Sequence record: PZ154897.1
Source of the DNA: a phage
Length of the DNA: 64,000 nucleotides
Reading direction: 5' to 3' (one strand)
The notes beneath the pieces were generated by a model. It did no database searches, was not told the origin of the DNA, and saw only the letters and a program-made list of their open reading frames with translations. Made by a program: the position numbers and the translations under genes. Below are positions 33,618 through 46,297 of this stretch, one piece after another; within the stretch, counting starts at the first letter, position 1, and each line of letters begins with the position of its first letter.

Positions 33618-33855
33618 TATAAATTCTCTTTTAAATGAAAATGCAGGACTTATTGGCATTGCCTGCGCAAGCCCTCAAGGGGAACATAGGTTTTGAATAT
33701 TTACCGACAGGATAACCATAAACCTCGTCAACATTCAAGAGGTACACCATAAAACTGCCGGGGTCTTAAAACTATAATGATTCGCAAATCATTAATCAGA
33801 CAGTTCGATGGCTCCTCGATTTTAGCTCACACTAAGGCAGTGAATCTCCAATAAA

Positions 33856-34104
33856 TTACTTCAGTGTTACCACAAAGTGACGAACTGCTTTTCGTGCAGC
33901 AGAAGCCAGAGGCTTAGCATACTTAAGTTCATCTTTTTCCTGAAGCTCAGCAGCTAATGCAGTTTGAGCAGGATTCAGATGTTTGAAATAACGCAGGATT
34001 TCAAGAGCTTCGGCTTCAACATCAATAGATGCGCCATAGTTTTCGTGACCATTATTCCATGCGTTTCGTTGCAGTTCAAGAGCGTGTTGTAATTGTTTAA
34101 TCAT
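33856..34104 (-). CDS. hypothetical protein (31.-1 position)
   Basis: 82-aa ORF. Confidence 0.5.
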   Translation of the reverse strand: MIKQLQHALELQRNAWNNGHENYGASIDVEAEALEILRYFKHLNPAQTALAAELQEKDELKYAKPLASAARKAVRHFVVTLK

Positions 34105-34251
34105 TTAAAAATTCTCGTTAGAGATTAAAACTCGGTAGTCACGTTCTTCTGAATTTCATCTTCTTTCGACAGATCTCTCAGTTGTAGACTACCACATAGA
34201 ATTGTTCGGTTAACTTATTATTCCGACACCCAATTCATATTATTATTTATA

Positions 34252-34587
34252 TCACTTATAAAGACACGGAATAGCTTTATAGTGACAGGTAACGAATTTT
34301 TGTTTAATTTCTTTTGGCTGCTTAAGACCCAGAGCTACAAAAGGATGTGGAACGTTTCGAATTTGACCAACTGGAAGAGAAGTCAAATCACCAACTTCGC
34401 AGAAACCTTCAGGAACATCAGGACCAACAGAGTGAATTACACACAGTTCAGGAACTTCACCTTGAACACGTTTACCGATAATAAGTCCTGATTCTGTAAC
34501 TTCTTCATCACCGGCTTGTGCAGGTTCAGAAACTAAAATAACATATTCACCGACAGCACGAATTGGTAGCTGTTGTACTTCAGACAT
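34252..34587 (-). CDS. 31: gp31 co-chaperonin (GroES-like)
   Basis: 111-aa ORF; T4 gp31 length and sequence by recall. Confidence 0.9.
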   Translation of the reverse strand: MSEVQQLPIRAVGEYVILVSEPAQAGDEEVTESGLIIGKRVQGEVPELCVIHSVGPDVPEGFCEVGDLTSLPVGQIRNVPHPFVALGLKQPKEIKQKFVTCHYKAIPCLYK

Positions 34588-34617
34588 CGTTTTTCCTTTT
34601 TGTTAACAGATGAATTA

Positions 34618-34645
34618 ATAATAACAAATAATTCTTAAAGCATTT
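34618..34645 (-). promoter_or_regulatory. middle promoter (MotA box aaaTGCTTTA, 12-nt spacer, TATTAT) for gene 31
   Basis: Minus-strand MotA-box consensus centred about -30 upstream of gene 31. Confidence 0.65.
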
Positions 34646-34952
34646 ATTTACCAATAAATTGAAGCAAATGCTCAACTTTCATACCATTAACGGAAATCAA
34701 TTTGTCAATAGAAAAACCTCGCCATGCACCGAGCTCAACATCAAATACTGGAATCATATCAGTAGATTCTTTCCGAGTAGATTCAGTCAATTTACCAGTT
34801 TGCATGGTTGGCATAAAGTCTGCATCACGAGTACCTTTCATAGTACGAATAGTACCGTCAGACTTTTCAAAAACTACGTTTGAAATACCCATGGACAATT
34901 TAGTTTTCAAAATTTCACGAATTGCTACTTTCTGTTCAGTCGTCAGTTTCAT
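34644..34952 (-). CDS. hypothetical protein
   Basis: 102-aa ORF. Confidence 0.5.
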   Translation of the reverse strand: MKLTTEQKVAIREILKTKLSMGISNVVFEKSDGTIRTMKGTRDADFMPTMQTGKLTESTRKESTDMIPVFDVELGAWRGFSIDKLISVNGMKVEHLLQFIGK

Positions 34953-35189
34953 TTATTTACCTATCACAGTTTTAATATGAGTTGTTCCACGTTCTTTAAG
35001 AGTGGAAAGCAACTTTTGGCATTTTTCTAAATCAGATTTCCAACTATACGGTCTATCAATACAAACCCATTCTGACTTATAATACTGCTTCCATTTAGAG
35101 AAAAAATACTTCTTATACTCTACAGCAAATGAAATGTTCTCGTTGGAATAAGAACTAATTGCTGTGAGTTGTACCAAACGAAATTTCAT
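34953..35189 (-). CDS. hypothetical protein
   Basis: 78-aa ORF abutting cd. Confidence 0.45.
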   Translation of the reverse strand: MKFRLVQLTAISSYSNENISFAVEYKKYFFSKWKQYYKSEWVCIDRPYSWKSDLEKCQKLLSTLKERGTTHIKTVIGK

Positions 35190-35770
35190 TATTCACCACA
35201 GAATTCGTTGATATTTTCCCAGTTTAACTTATTCAAGTTTTTCTTAGGAACATTAAACACTTCAATACCCGCATTTCGCAGAATATCATCCCAGCCAGGT
35301 TTATTTTTATCGTATGTTTCGCAATAAACCAGCTTTTTAATACCAGATTGAGCTATCGCTTTTGCACAATCTGGGCAAGGAGAAAGTGTTACATACATAG
35401 TAGCACCTTCAATTGAAGAACCATTTCGCGCAGCAAACAAAATCGCATTTAGTTCAGCATGAATTTCATTTTTAGACGACCACTCAGAGTGAGCACTACG
35501 ATGTTCTTTCGCCAAGACAAAACGATCAGTTGAACCAAACGATACACATTCGGGCTTATGACCTTGAATGATAGTGTGTTTAGGCTTATTCAGCAACCAA
35601 CCTTGCTCGGCAGCATAATCACAACAATTCACACCACCTGCCGGAGAACCGTTATATCCAGTAGAAATAATACGCCCATTCTTTTCAATTACTGCTCCTA
35701 CCTTCCAGGAGCAACATTTTGATTCTTGTGATACTAAATATGCAATTTGAAGTACTGTACTCGCTTTCAT
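35189..35770 (-). CDS. cd: dCMP deaminase
   Basis: 193-aa ORF; zinc motifs HAE...PCxxC; T4 Cd length. Confidence 0.9.
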   Translation of the reverse strand: MKASTVLQIAYLVSQESKCCSWKVGAVIEKNGRIISTGYNGSPAGGVNCCDYAAEQGWLLNKPKHTIIQGHKPECVSFGSTDRFVLAKEHRSAHSEWSSKNEIHAELNAILFAARNGSSIEGATMYVTLSPCPDCAKAIAQSGIKKLVYCETYDKNKPGWDDILRNAGIEVFNVPKKNLNKLNWENINEFCGE

Positions 35771-36105
35771 TTCATAATCACCAGATAAGCAGATTTAGCA
35801 GTTTCAACACGATAAATTTCGTGACGAAGTTTAGTTATACTTTTAATAACAGAACTAATTATATTCTGCCCATCTTTAAAGCGGTTTTTCTTATCAATAA
35901 AAATTGCGCCAATCATCTTTTTGTGAAGCTCAACCGGATACTTCGTCACAATAATAGCATCATACACAGAAGGATGAATACTGTTCACCAGAGTATCATT
36001 CATTAAAGTTATTCTAATGAACTGTGCTGTTTCAGAGTCAAGCGCTCTATGATCGCCAGTATCATTTTCAAGACAATTATCAATTATATCAGTTAAATTC
36101 ATCAT
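35767..36105 (-). CDS. hypothetical protein (cd.1 position)
   Basis: 112-aa ORF. Confidence 0.5.
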   Translation of the reverse strand: MMNLTDIIDNCLENDTGDHRALDSETAQFIRITLMNDTLVNSIHPSVYDAIIVTKYPVELHKKMIGAIFIDKKNRFKDGQNIISSVIKSITKLRHEIYRVETAKSAYLVIMK

Positions 36106-36338
36106 AGTACGCCATACACCCTTTGTGCTTCAACTAATCCATCAAAATCCAGTTTAAGATGTGTTATTTGGTCACCATCACCTGGATTCACAATTACTAA
36201 TACTGAACGAGGAGTCTCGGTAATAACACGAACCGATGTTTCAGGAAATCGTTCAGAAACCTTATTTACCAATTCTTGAGCAAATAGTTTAACTTTTTCT
36301 TGGAATTCTTTAACAGTAATTGGTTTTTCGCTTAGCAT
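36102..36338 (-). CDS. hypothetical protein
   Basis: 78-aa ORF. Confidence 0.45.
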   Translation of the reverse strand: MLSEKPITVKEFQEKVKLFAQELVNKVSERFPETSVRVITETPRSVLVIVNPGDGDQITHLKLDFDGLVEAQRVYGVL

Positions 36339-36859
36339 GTTGATCCCAGCTCCTTACTTTCAACGTTTTTAACTAATTTGACAGAAACTAATTCGGCATC
36401 TTGGGTAATCATTACCGGGCCTTCTTCATACTCTTCAAGATATTCTAGAGCTTTCTTTTTAGCTTCTTCCTTCGTATCAGTTTGAGCATAGATATAGAAC
36501 ATACAACCAGTAATACCTACTACTTTCCACTTAATTTCTTTATCAGCTTTAATTTCAAATTTACTGACAGAATCATCTTTTTGAACTTCTTCGAAAAAAG
36601 AATATTCTAACATATAAGCAATTGAAAATAACGGGCTAACTTTATAGGATTCGCCCATTACATCAACAGCTTTATACCAGCAATCGTCAATTTCGCGTTT
36701 AATGCTAATAACATTTTTCGCAGGATCTATTTTTACTTTAAATGAATTTTCCCCAATAAACTGGGCAATTCGTTTATTAGCCCCGCAAGTTTCATTAAAA
36801 ATATCTTTATATCCAGCTTTAAAGCGATAAACCTTACCTTCTTCAAACCATTCGCTCAT
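36332..36859 (-). CDS. hypothetical protein
   Basis: 175-aa ORF downstream of early promoter. Confidence 0.5.
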   Translation of the reverse strand: MSEWFEEGKVYRFKAGYKDIFNETCGANKRIAQFIGENSFKVKIDPAKNVISIKREIDDCWYKAVDVMGESYKVSPLFSIAYMLEYSFFEEVQKDDSVSKFEIKADKEIKWKVVGITGCMFYIYAQTDTKEEAKKKALEYLEEYEEGPVMITQDAELVSVKLVKNVESKELGSTC

Positions 36860-36889
36860 TTCAATTTCCTCATTTGTTTTGGTAGAGCT

Positions 36890-36919
36890 ATAATATCACA
36901 ACTCTACCGTAAAGTAAAC
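36890..36919 (-). promoter_or_regulatory. early promoter (GTTTAC...TATTAT) with 7-bp inverted repeat spanning -10
   Basis: Minus-strand GTTTAC 36914-36919; IR ggtagag/ctctacc 36881-36908. Confidence 0.6.
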
Positions 36920-36921
36920 TA

Positions 36922-37197
36922 TTAAATTGCTTTGAATTCTGATGTCTGTGATTCAAAACGAATATCGCCTTTGATAACTAACTCAGCATCAAGACCAAAT
37001 ACGACAATGATATGCGCAGAACCTGGATACAGCGTAATGGCGATAGAATCCACCTGGTCTGGAAGCAAAGTGTTCAATACATGAGTCACTTGAGCATGAA
37101 TTCGAAGCTCAGCTGCGTTATCAAGCTTTTCAAACATATTATTAGCGATAATTTGGCTAAACACTACTTCTACGATTTTAGAATAAGTCGGAAACAT
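36922..37197 (-). CDS. hypothetical protein
   Basis: 91-aa ORF. Confidence 0.45.
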   Translation of the reverse strand: MFPTYSKIVEVVFSQIIANNMFEKLDNAAELRIHAQVTHVLNTLLPDQVDSIAITLYPGSAHIIVVFGLDAELVIKGDIRFESQTSEFKAI

Positions 37198-37199
37198 AT

Positions 37200-37400
37200 T
37201 TACCTCACATAATTTTCTTCAAGCCAATCAATAACATCCAACGCATTATCAAAAGTTGAACCATCTACTTTGTCTTCTGTTTCATAATCAAGAACATCTA
37301 AACCTACTCTTCCATCAACAATAGGCCATAAACAAAATAGATATTTCTTTTCTTTTTCAATCTTATCACAAAGACGATAAATCTTTTCTATGTTATTCAT
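37200..37400 (-). CDS. hypothetical small protein
   Basis: 66-aa ORF. Confidence 0.4.
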   Translation of the reverse strand: MNNIEKIYRLCDKIEKEKKYLFCLWPIVDGRVGLDVLDYETEDKVDGSTFDNALDVIDWLEENYVR

Positions 37401-37589
37401 AAGTTTTCCATGGTAAAGGTAGTTTAGTTTTCTTTACTGTTAGTTCAACATCAGGATTCTTTTCTCTTAATTTAAGGCATTCCTCCCAAGCTCTGATTTC
37501 ACTAGTGAATATACAAAATTGCCCATTACTAGTACCAACTAAACCACTATTTACAATAACAATAGCCCAAGTTTCATGATGCCACGCCA

Positions 37590-37590
<1 letters not shown>
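37393..37590 (-). CDS. hypothetical small protein
   Basis: 65-aa ORF. Confidence 0.4.
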
Positions 37591-38802
<1,212 letters not shown>

Positions 38803-38806
<4 letters not shown>

Positions 38807-39039
38807 TTATTTTTCTCAACCAATGATTGAATATAATCATGCAGGTCTTTAGATGCTTTACCCCACTTATTTTGATATTCATTTTTAAGATTAGCCCGAG
38901 ATTGAGCTAATAAAACATCATTAGTTGGAGGTAAAGATTCTAATCGTTGAATCTGGCGTCCATAAATCATTGCAGCCATCTCGGATTCATAAATCAATCC
39001 TTTGAGATGTTCAAATTGATGCCATGAAATCATTTGCAT
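38803..39039 (-). CDS. hypothetical protein
   Basis: 78-aa ORF. Confidence 0.4.
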
Positions 39040-39329
39040 TTATCCTCTTTTAGCTCTTGGCGATAATAACATATCATAGTTTTCTGATCATGTACATATC
39101 GTTTTACATCATTAAGCCAAATACGAAATTCCTGGGAATCTTCGAATGGCATACCGACCCAAGCTTTACCATCAATAACTTTAACTTGCCAAGATAGTTT
39201 AGCTTCATCATATGACTTTATTTGCACAGGCCAATTAGGATGAACTGTTTCTTTCTTTACTTCTAGAGGCTTTGTCGAACAACCAACTAGAAGACCAATA
39301 GATAATATTACTGCTGATAGTTTAATCAT
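39030..39329 (-). CDS. predicted lipoprotein
   Basis: 99-aa ORF; signal peptide with lipobox LVGC at residues 14-17. Confidence 0.5.
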   Translation of the reverse strand: MIKLSAVILSIGLLVGCSTKPLEVKKETVHPNWPVQIKSYDEAKLSWQVKVIDGKAWVGMPFEDSQEFRIWLNDVKRYVHDQKTMICYYRQELKEDKCK

Positions 39330-39679
39330 TTAGAAAGGTCCTGGATGTCTTCTGCGAACTTGTTGAAGGAGTTGTTGATTTGTTTTTCAACCAATCCTGG
39401 CTTATGAGCCACCACATCCGCCTTCTTTGCATCTTTGCGCAGTTTTTCATTTTCACGCTCAATAGCAGCAATTGCCTCACGATTTTTATTATTCATCGCA
39501 TCAATATAATTATACTGAATTCGCAAATTATCTAATGCTAAAGCGTTTTCATTGGCCGTTTTTGTAATTTCTACAACAGACGTTTCTAATCTTTCAATTT
39601 TACTTTTTAAAATTAAAGAAGTTCCGCCCAATGCGATTACAATTAATAACAAACCTGCTGTCGTATTACTTAATTGCAT
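39326..39679 (-). CDS. predicted membrane-anchored coiled-coil protein
   Basis: 117-aa ORF; N-terminal hydrophobic helix LLLIVIALGGTSLIL. Confidence 0.45.
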   Translation of the reverse strand: MQLSNTTAGLLLIVIALGGTSLILKSKIERLETSVVEITKTANENALALDNLRIQYNYIDAMNNKNREAIAAIERENEKLRKDAKKADVVAHKPGLVEKQINNSFNKFAEDIQDLSK

Positions 39680-40176
39680 AAAGTTTTAATAACCTCTACA
39701 ATATCGTCTTGAGAAAGACCGTTAATTAAAATATGATGTTCAGCTGGAGATTTAGAAATTTTAAAGCATGCCTCAACATCTTCTGCCATATCTGATGCAC
39801 TACGATTTGGATTACTAATTCCAAGACGATGTTTTCCCGTTAAAGGATTAACGATGATATAGCATTTACAGCTGTTAATATGAACATTAGGTTGAGTCTG
39901 ATTAATGAACACATCACAATCATATTTCGCAAGCTGATTTTCTAAAAAGACTTTCATCTCCTCAACTGCATCAGGAAGCATATCACGGGCTTGCTCAAGA
40001 CGACGATTTCGATATTCTTTGATGGTCGTTTTCCGCTTAACTTGCTTAGCTAAATCTTTCTTAAGATCGGTGATATATCCAACTCGACGATTTCCTTTAA
40101 ATACAGAAATCCCATCTGTAGTATCACCGTATGCTTCAACGACCATTTCAGTAGTAATAAGCTGCAAATCCATCAT
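39670..40176 (-). CDS. alc: Alc-like protein (transcription termination on dC-DNA), by position and length
   Basis: 168-aa ORF immediately downstream of rnlA; T4 Alc about 167 aa. Confidence 0.55.
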   Translation of the reverse strand: MMDLQLITTEMVVEAYGDTTDGISVFKGNRRVGYITDLKKDLAKQVKRKTTIKEYRNRRLEQARDMLPDAVEEMKVFLENQLAKYDCDVFINQTQPNVHINSCKCYIIVNPLTGKHRLGISNPNRSASDMAEDVEACFKISKSPAEHHILINGLSQDDIVEVIKTLCN

Positions 40177-40204
40177 AAAGTCCTCATGTTATGTCAGTAA
40201 GTCT

Positions 40205-40234
40205 ACTATAACACAACACGAGGGACTTGTAAAC
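40205..40234 (-). promoter_or_regulatory. early promoter (GTTTACA-N17-TATAGT), near-identical copy of 26119-26148 cassette
   Basis: 53-bp identity with 26096-26148 except one base; includes leader and GAGGA RBS. Confidence 0.7.
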
Positions 40235-40237
40235 AGC

Positions 40238-41825
<1,588 letters not shown>

Positions 41826-41833
41826 AATAAAAT

Positions 41834-41847
41834 GGGCCTTGCGGCCC
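41834..41847 (-). terminator. hairpin between nrdB and denA
   Basis: GGGCC-TTGC-GGCCC with U-run on minus strand. Confidence 0.5.
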
Positions 41848-41852
41848 ACTCC

Positions 41853-43031
41853 TTAAAAGTATTTTTTAAAACTCATCATAACTTTATCATCAACATCATT
41901 ATCAATCTGTGCAACAAGGTAAGATGACAGTTCTACTTCTTGTGGCGCGGATTGAACATTATCAGAATTAAGATATTCACGAATCCAAGGATATGGGTGT
42001 TTAACCGGAGCATCGGTAATTGGGCATGGAAGACCACACTGTTTCATACGAGATACAGTTAAGTAATCAATAAAGCTCCACATGCTATTTGTATTTAATC
42101 CAGGAACATCACCATCTTTAAATAAATGAACTGCCCAGTCTTTTTCTTGACGGTTAACTTCCATGAAAATATCAACTGCTTCTTGTTCACACTCTTGAGC
42201 AATTTTAACCCATTCATCACCATCAGTTCCAAGCTGAAGTTGACGAATAATATATTGAGTGCCTTTAAGGTGAAGCTGCTCATCACGAGCAATGAACTTC
42301 ATAATCTTGGCATTACCTTCCATGATTTCCATGTTCTTATGGAAGTTAAATGTACACGCGAAAGATACGTAAAAACGAATAGCTTCCAGGGCGTTGATTA
42401 CATGAAGGCAAAGATAAAGAGATTTCATTAGTGCTCGTTTAGCTTCGGCTTCTTGTTTAATAGCTCGATTTAAACGAAAATCAGCATCAGGAGATTCTTT
42501 GGCTAGTTCTACAAATTCTTTAGCATTTTCCCATTCACGGGTCTTCTTAAGAACATCATCGTAATAGCGACCAATGGACTCAGCGCGTTTCATAATATCT
42601 TCATCTAATACAATCTCATCAAATACCTTTGACGGATCAGTATAAAGATTTCGCATGATATGGGTATATGAACGACTATGAATAGTTTCACTAAAAGTCC
42701 ATGTAGCAACCCATGTATCAAGACTTGGGTCTGAAATTAACGACATAAGTACAGCAGACGGTGCACGACCCTGAATGCTATCTAGAAGTGATTGATACTT
42801 CAGGTTATTAGTAAAAATATCTTGCTGATATTGAGGAAGCTTGTTAAATTGTGCAGCATCCATCATCAAGTTTACTTCTTCAGGACGCCAGAAAAATGAC
42901 AATTGCTTTTCGGTTAAATCTTCAAAAACTTTATGGCGTTGAATATCATAACGCGCAATACCAAGACCTGAACCGAAGAACATAGGTTCTTTTAAAACAT
43001 CAACTGGATTTGTATTAAAAACTGTAGACAT
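41853..43031 (-). CDS. nrdB: ribonucleotide reductase small subunit NrdB (intronless)
   Basis: Continuous ORF from MSTVFNTNPVD; no intron interruption. Confidence 0.93.
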   Translation of the reverse strand: MSTVFNTNPVDVLKEPMFFGSGLGIARYDIQRHKVFEDLTEKQLSFFWRPEEVNLMMDAAQFNKLPQYQQDIFTNNLKYQSLLDSIQGRAPSAVLMSLISDPSLDTWVATWTFSETIHSRSYTHIMRNLYTDPSKVFDEIVLDEDIMKRAESIGRYYDDVLKKTREWENAKEFVELAKESPDADFRLNRAIKQEAEAKRALMKSLYLCLHVINALEAIRFYVSFACTFNFHKNMEIMEGNAKIMKFIARDEQLHLKGTQYIIRQLQLGTDGDEWVKIAQECEQEAVDIFMEVNRQEKDWAVHLFKDGDVPGLNTNSMWSFIDYLTVSRMKQCGLPCPITDAPVKHPYPWIREYLNSDNVQSAPQEVELSSYLVAQIDNDVDDKVMMSFKKYF

Positions 43032-43762
43032 TAATTTTTCCTCTTTAAAATTCTGCCGTGTTTCCAACCTGGCGGAATAATATCATCTTTACCTATAAGC
43101 GTGCATTCACTTCCATTATTAATCCATTTCTTACCGCGGATTCCTTTATAATCTCTTGGTTTTATTTTGTCAAACTTTGCATCAAGTTGATATGACCATC
43201 TAAATCCATAAGCATATTGAAATTTACCCTCGGCACAATATTTGATATTTGATCCGTTTCCATTAACTGACCGGGACGCTGCCGCAATAGAGTGAAAGGT
43301 TTCTATGAAATCCCCGTCTAATGAGAATTTATGTATTTCTATAGATGGGCATGCATATCTATTCACGTTTGATACATGCTGTTTAGTTTCGTTTTTATGG
43401 TGCTTGCCTAACATTCCTTTAGGATGAGGATTATTTTTCCAATATTTCTTAAAGAACTCAGAATTAGCTTTAGCAAATAATTTTCTGTGTAAGCTGTACA
43501 ATCTGTTATTAATTCTATTGCCAGCTTTATCTGTTGCCATTAACGTTAACGCAGAGGCAAGCCCAAAATGGCCTTCATTTATCTTACATAGTAGTAGATG
43601 AGCTATAAAATGTTCTCTGGCTGTTAATTCAACTAAATTTTCCTTATCATCAGAACCTCCCATACATCTAGGGATTATATGATGTGTCTCTTTATATTCT
43701 GATAAAGATTCCCGAGCCTGAGCTCGGGAAATTAGGTCGTTATAGATTTTTTGATAATTCAT
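43031..43762 (-). CDS. mobE: HNH homing endonuclease, MobE-like, between nrdA and nrdB
   Basis: 243-aa ORF; HHIIPRCMGG...EHFIAH HNH motif; position as T4 mobE. Confidence 0.8.
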   Translation of the reverse strand: MNYQKIYNDLISRAQARESLSEYKETHHIIPRCMGGSDDKENLVELTAREHFIAHLLLCKINEGHFGLASALTLMATDKAGNRINNRLYSLHRKLFAKANSEFFKKYWKNNPHPKGMLGKHHKNETKQHVSNVNRYACPSIEIHKFSLDGDFIETFHSIAAASRSVNGNGSNIKYCAEGKFQYAYGFRWSYQLDAKFDKIKPRDYKGIRGKKWINNGSECTLIGKDDIIPPGWKHGRILKRKN

Positions 43763-46026
43763 TACAATTTACACGCTGCGCAATCATCGGCTTTTGGAGT
43801 TTCTATTTCGTAATCATCAGTACCGGAACCATCACGAGTATTATGATAATAGAAGTTTTTAATGCCATAATACCATCCGTATAGCATGTCATCAATCATT
43901 ATTGACATTGGAACCTTTCCTTTTGGAAAAATCTGCGGGTCATAATATGTATTTGCTGAAGCTGATTGACATACCCATTTAAGCATAATAGCTACCTGCG
44001 TAAGATAAGGTTTATTACCTTTCTTAGCTAATTTCCATGTATAATCATATAGGTCTATGTTATGTTCAATATTGGGCACGACTTGATTAAAGGAACCCTC
44101 TTTTGATTCTTTAACAGAGACTGGTCCACGTGGAGGCTCGATACCGTTTGTACTGTTAGAAACTTGGGAAGATGACTCACATGGCATAAGTGCTGATAAT
44201 GTGCTATTACGGATGCCAAAGAGCTTAAGGTCTTCCCGCAGCGCCGACCAGTCACAAACGTATTTTGGAGCTGCGATTTGGTCAATCTTTTTATTGTACC
44301 AGTCGATAGGTAATTCGCCTCGAGACCAACGAGTGTCTGAATAATATTCGCAAGGTCCTTTTTCTTTGGCGAGCTTAATGGATGCTTTAATGAGTCCATA
44401 CTGTAATCTCTCAAATAGTTCATGTGTTAAATCGTTAGCATCTTCATAAGAAGCAAAGTTACTTGCCAGCCAAGCTGCATAGTTGGTAACACCTACACCA
44501 AGATTTCGACGCTTTTTAGCTTTTTCTGCTTCAGGAACTGGATATCCTTGGTAATCCAAAAGATTATCAAGAGCACGAACTTGAACTTCTGCTAATTCAT
44601 TAATTTTATCTTGGTCTTGCCAATCGAAGTTATCCAACACAAATGCAGATAACGTACACAATCCAATTTCGGCATCAGGACTATTCACATCATTTGTTGG
44701 AATAGCAATTTCACAGCACAAATTACTCTGACGAATAGGTGCCTTTTCACGAATAAATGGAGTATAGTTATTCGTATTATCAATGAACTGTACATAAATC
44801 CTTGCTGTTCCTGATCGTTCAGTCATGAGTAGTTCAAACAGTTCACGTGCTTTAATACGCTTTTTACGAATATTAGGGTCTTTTTCTGCGGCTTCATATA
44901 ATTCACGGAAACGGTCTTGGTCTTTAAAATAAGAATAATAAAGCTCGCCACCCATTTCATGCGGACTGAACAAAGTAATGTAGTCGTTCTTTCCAAAACG
45001 TTCCATCATCAAATCATTCAGCTGGACGCCATAATCCATATGACGGATACGGTTTTCTTCTACACCTTTGTTATTTTTCAAAACGAGAAGATTTTCAACT
45101 TCCAAATGCCAAATAGGATAATAAGCAGTAGCAGCGCCGCCACGAATTCCACCCTGTGAGCATGATTTAACAGCAGTCTGAAAATGTTTCCAAAAAGGAA
45201 TAACACCAGTATGGCGTACTTCACCTGTGCCAATCTTAGAACCTTCAGCACGAATCATACCAACGTTAATGCCAATTCCAGCTCGTTTAGAAATATATTC
45301 AACAATTGAAGCGGAAGCCTTATTGATAGACTTCAATGAATCTCCTGCCTCAATAACAACACATGAACTAAACTGTCGAGTCGGAGTACGGCAACCAGCC
45401 ATAATAGGAGTTGGCAATGAAATCTGTCGAGTAGATACTGCTTCATAAAAACGAATAACATGTTTTAATCTATCAACAGGTTCATCTTGATGCAATGCCA
45501 TTCCAATAGTCATAAATGCAAACTGTGGAGTTTCATAAATTTGACCAGTGGTTTTATCTTTAACTAGATATTTTTCTTTTAATTGCATCGCCCCGGAATA
45601 AGTAAATTCCATATCCCGCTCGTGCTTAATTTTTGATTCTAAAAATGTAATTTCTTCTGCTGAATATTTTGACAATAATTCAGGGTCGTATTTACCTTCA
45701 TTTACACAGTAAGAAATATGGTCAATAAATGAACGTGGTTCATACTGCCCATAAACATGCTTACGAAGAGCAAACATTAAACACCGTGCAGCTACGTATT
45801 GATAATCAGGCTCTTCAACCGAAATAGAATTCGCAGCAGCCTTAATTACAATGGTTTGAATGTCATCAGTGGTCATTCCATCACGGAGATATGATTTAAT
45901 ATTTTCATATAATTCATAAGGATCTACAGATGTTCCTTCAGCTGCCCAAGATAAAACTTTAATAATTTTTTGCGGGTCAAAGCTCTGAGAAACACCACTA
46001 CTTTTGATAACATTAATTAATTGCAT
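43762..46026 (-). CDS. nrdA: ribonucleotide reductase large subunit NrdA
   Basis: 754-aa ORF; T4 NrdA length; C-terminal CxxC. Confidence 0.95.
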   Translation of the reverse strand: MQLINVIKSSGVSQSFDPQKIIKVLSWAAEGTSVDPYELYENIKSYLRDGMTTDDIQTIVIKAAANSISVEEPDYQYVAARCLMFALRKHVYGQYEPRSFIDHISYCVNEGKYDPELLSKYSAEEITFLESKIKHERDMEFTYSGAMQLKEKYLVKDKTTGQIYETPQFAFMTIGMALHQDEPVDRLKHVIRFYEAVSTRQISLPTPIMAGCRTPTRQFSSCVVIEAGDSLKSINKASASIVEYISKRAGIGINVGMIRAEGSKIGTGEVRHTGVIPFWKHFQTAVKSCSQGGIRGGAATAYYPIWHLEVENLLVLKNNKGVEENRIRHMDYGVQLNDLMMERFGKNDYITLFSPHEMGGELYYSYFKDQDRFRELYEAAEKDPNIRKKRIKARELFELLMTERSGTARIYVQFIDNTNNYTPFIREKAPIRQSNLCCEIAIPTNDVNSPDAEIGLCTLSAFVLDNFDWQDQDKINELAEVQVRALDNLLDYQGYPVPEAEKAKKRRNLGVGVTNYAAWLASNFASYEDANDLTHELFERLQYGLIKASIKLAKEKGPCEYYSDTRWSRGELPIDWYNKKIDQIAAPKYVCDWSALREDLKLFGIRNSTLSALMPCESSSQVSNSTNGIEPPRGPVSVKESKEGSFNQVVPNIEHNIDLYDYTWKLAKKGNKPYLTQVAIMLKWVCQSASANTYYDPQIFPKGKVPMSIMIDDMLYGWYYGIKNFYYHNTRDGSGTDDYEIETPKADDCAACKL

Positions 46027-46283
46027 AAGTCCTCAACTTGAAAATCGTCTTTAAACAATCGGTTAACTATATGAGCTATTATATCACCATGACACGGCTT
46101 TGGTTTACATGTGCATCCTAGCCTCATTCCACGTAAAGGCTCTAAATGTGCTTTAGTTATTTCTCCGGATTTAATTCGACGTATAAAATCTTTTTTGAAT
46201 AATTCAATGGCAGCCTCCCGGCTGCCAGCATCTTTACCGACGTAATTTCCCCCAAAATGTACCACGGTGAATATTAACATCAA
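46017..46283 (-). CDS. hypothetical Cys/His-containing protein (nrdA.1 position)
   Basis: 88-aa ORF; CTCKPKPCHGD. Confidence 0.45.
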   Translation of the reverse strand: MMLIFTVVHFGGNYVGKDAGSREAAIELFKKDFIRRIKSGEITKAHLEPLRGMRLGCTCKPKPCHGDIIAHIVNRLFKDDFQVEDLCN

Positions 46284-46297
46284 AGTCGGATTTGTAT

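Noticed and set aside
33660-33855. About 200-nt gap upstream of the small basic ORF, checked for a tRNA or small RNA
   Set aside because: No cloverleaf-compatible arms or conserved tRNA boxes recognised by eye; contains a short palindrome (TAATGATTtgcgaATCATTA) and promoter-like hexamers, so more likely a regulatory leader. Could not run a covariance model.
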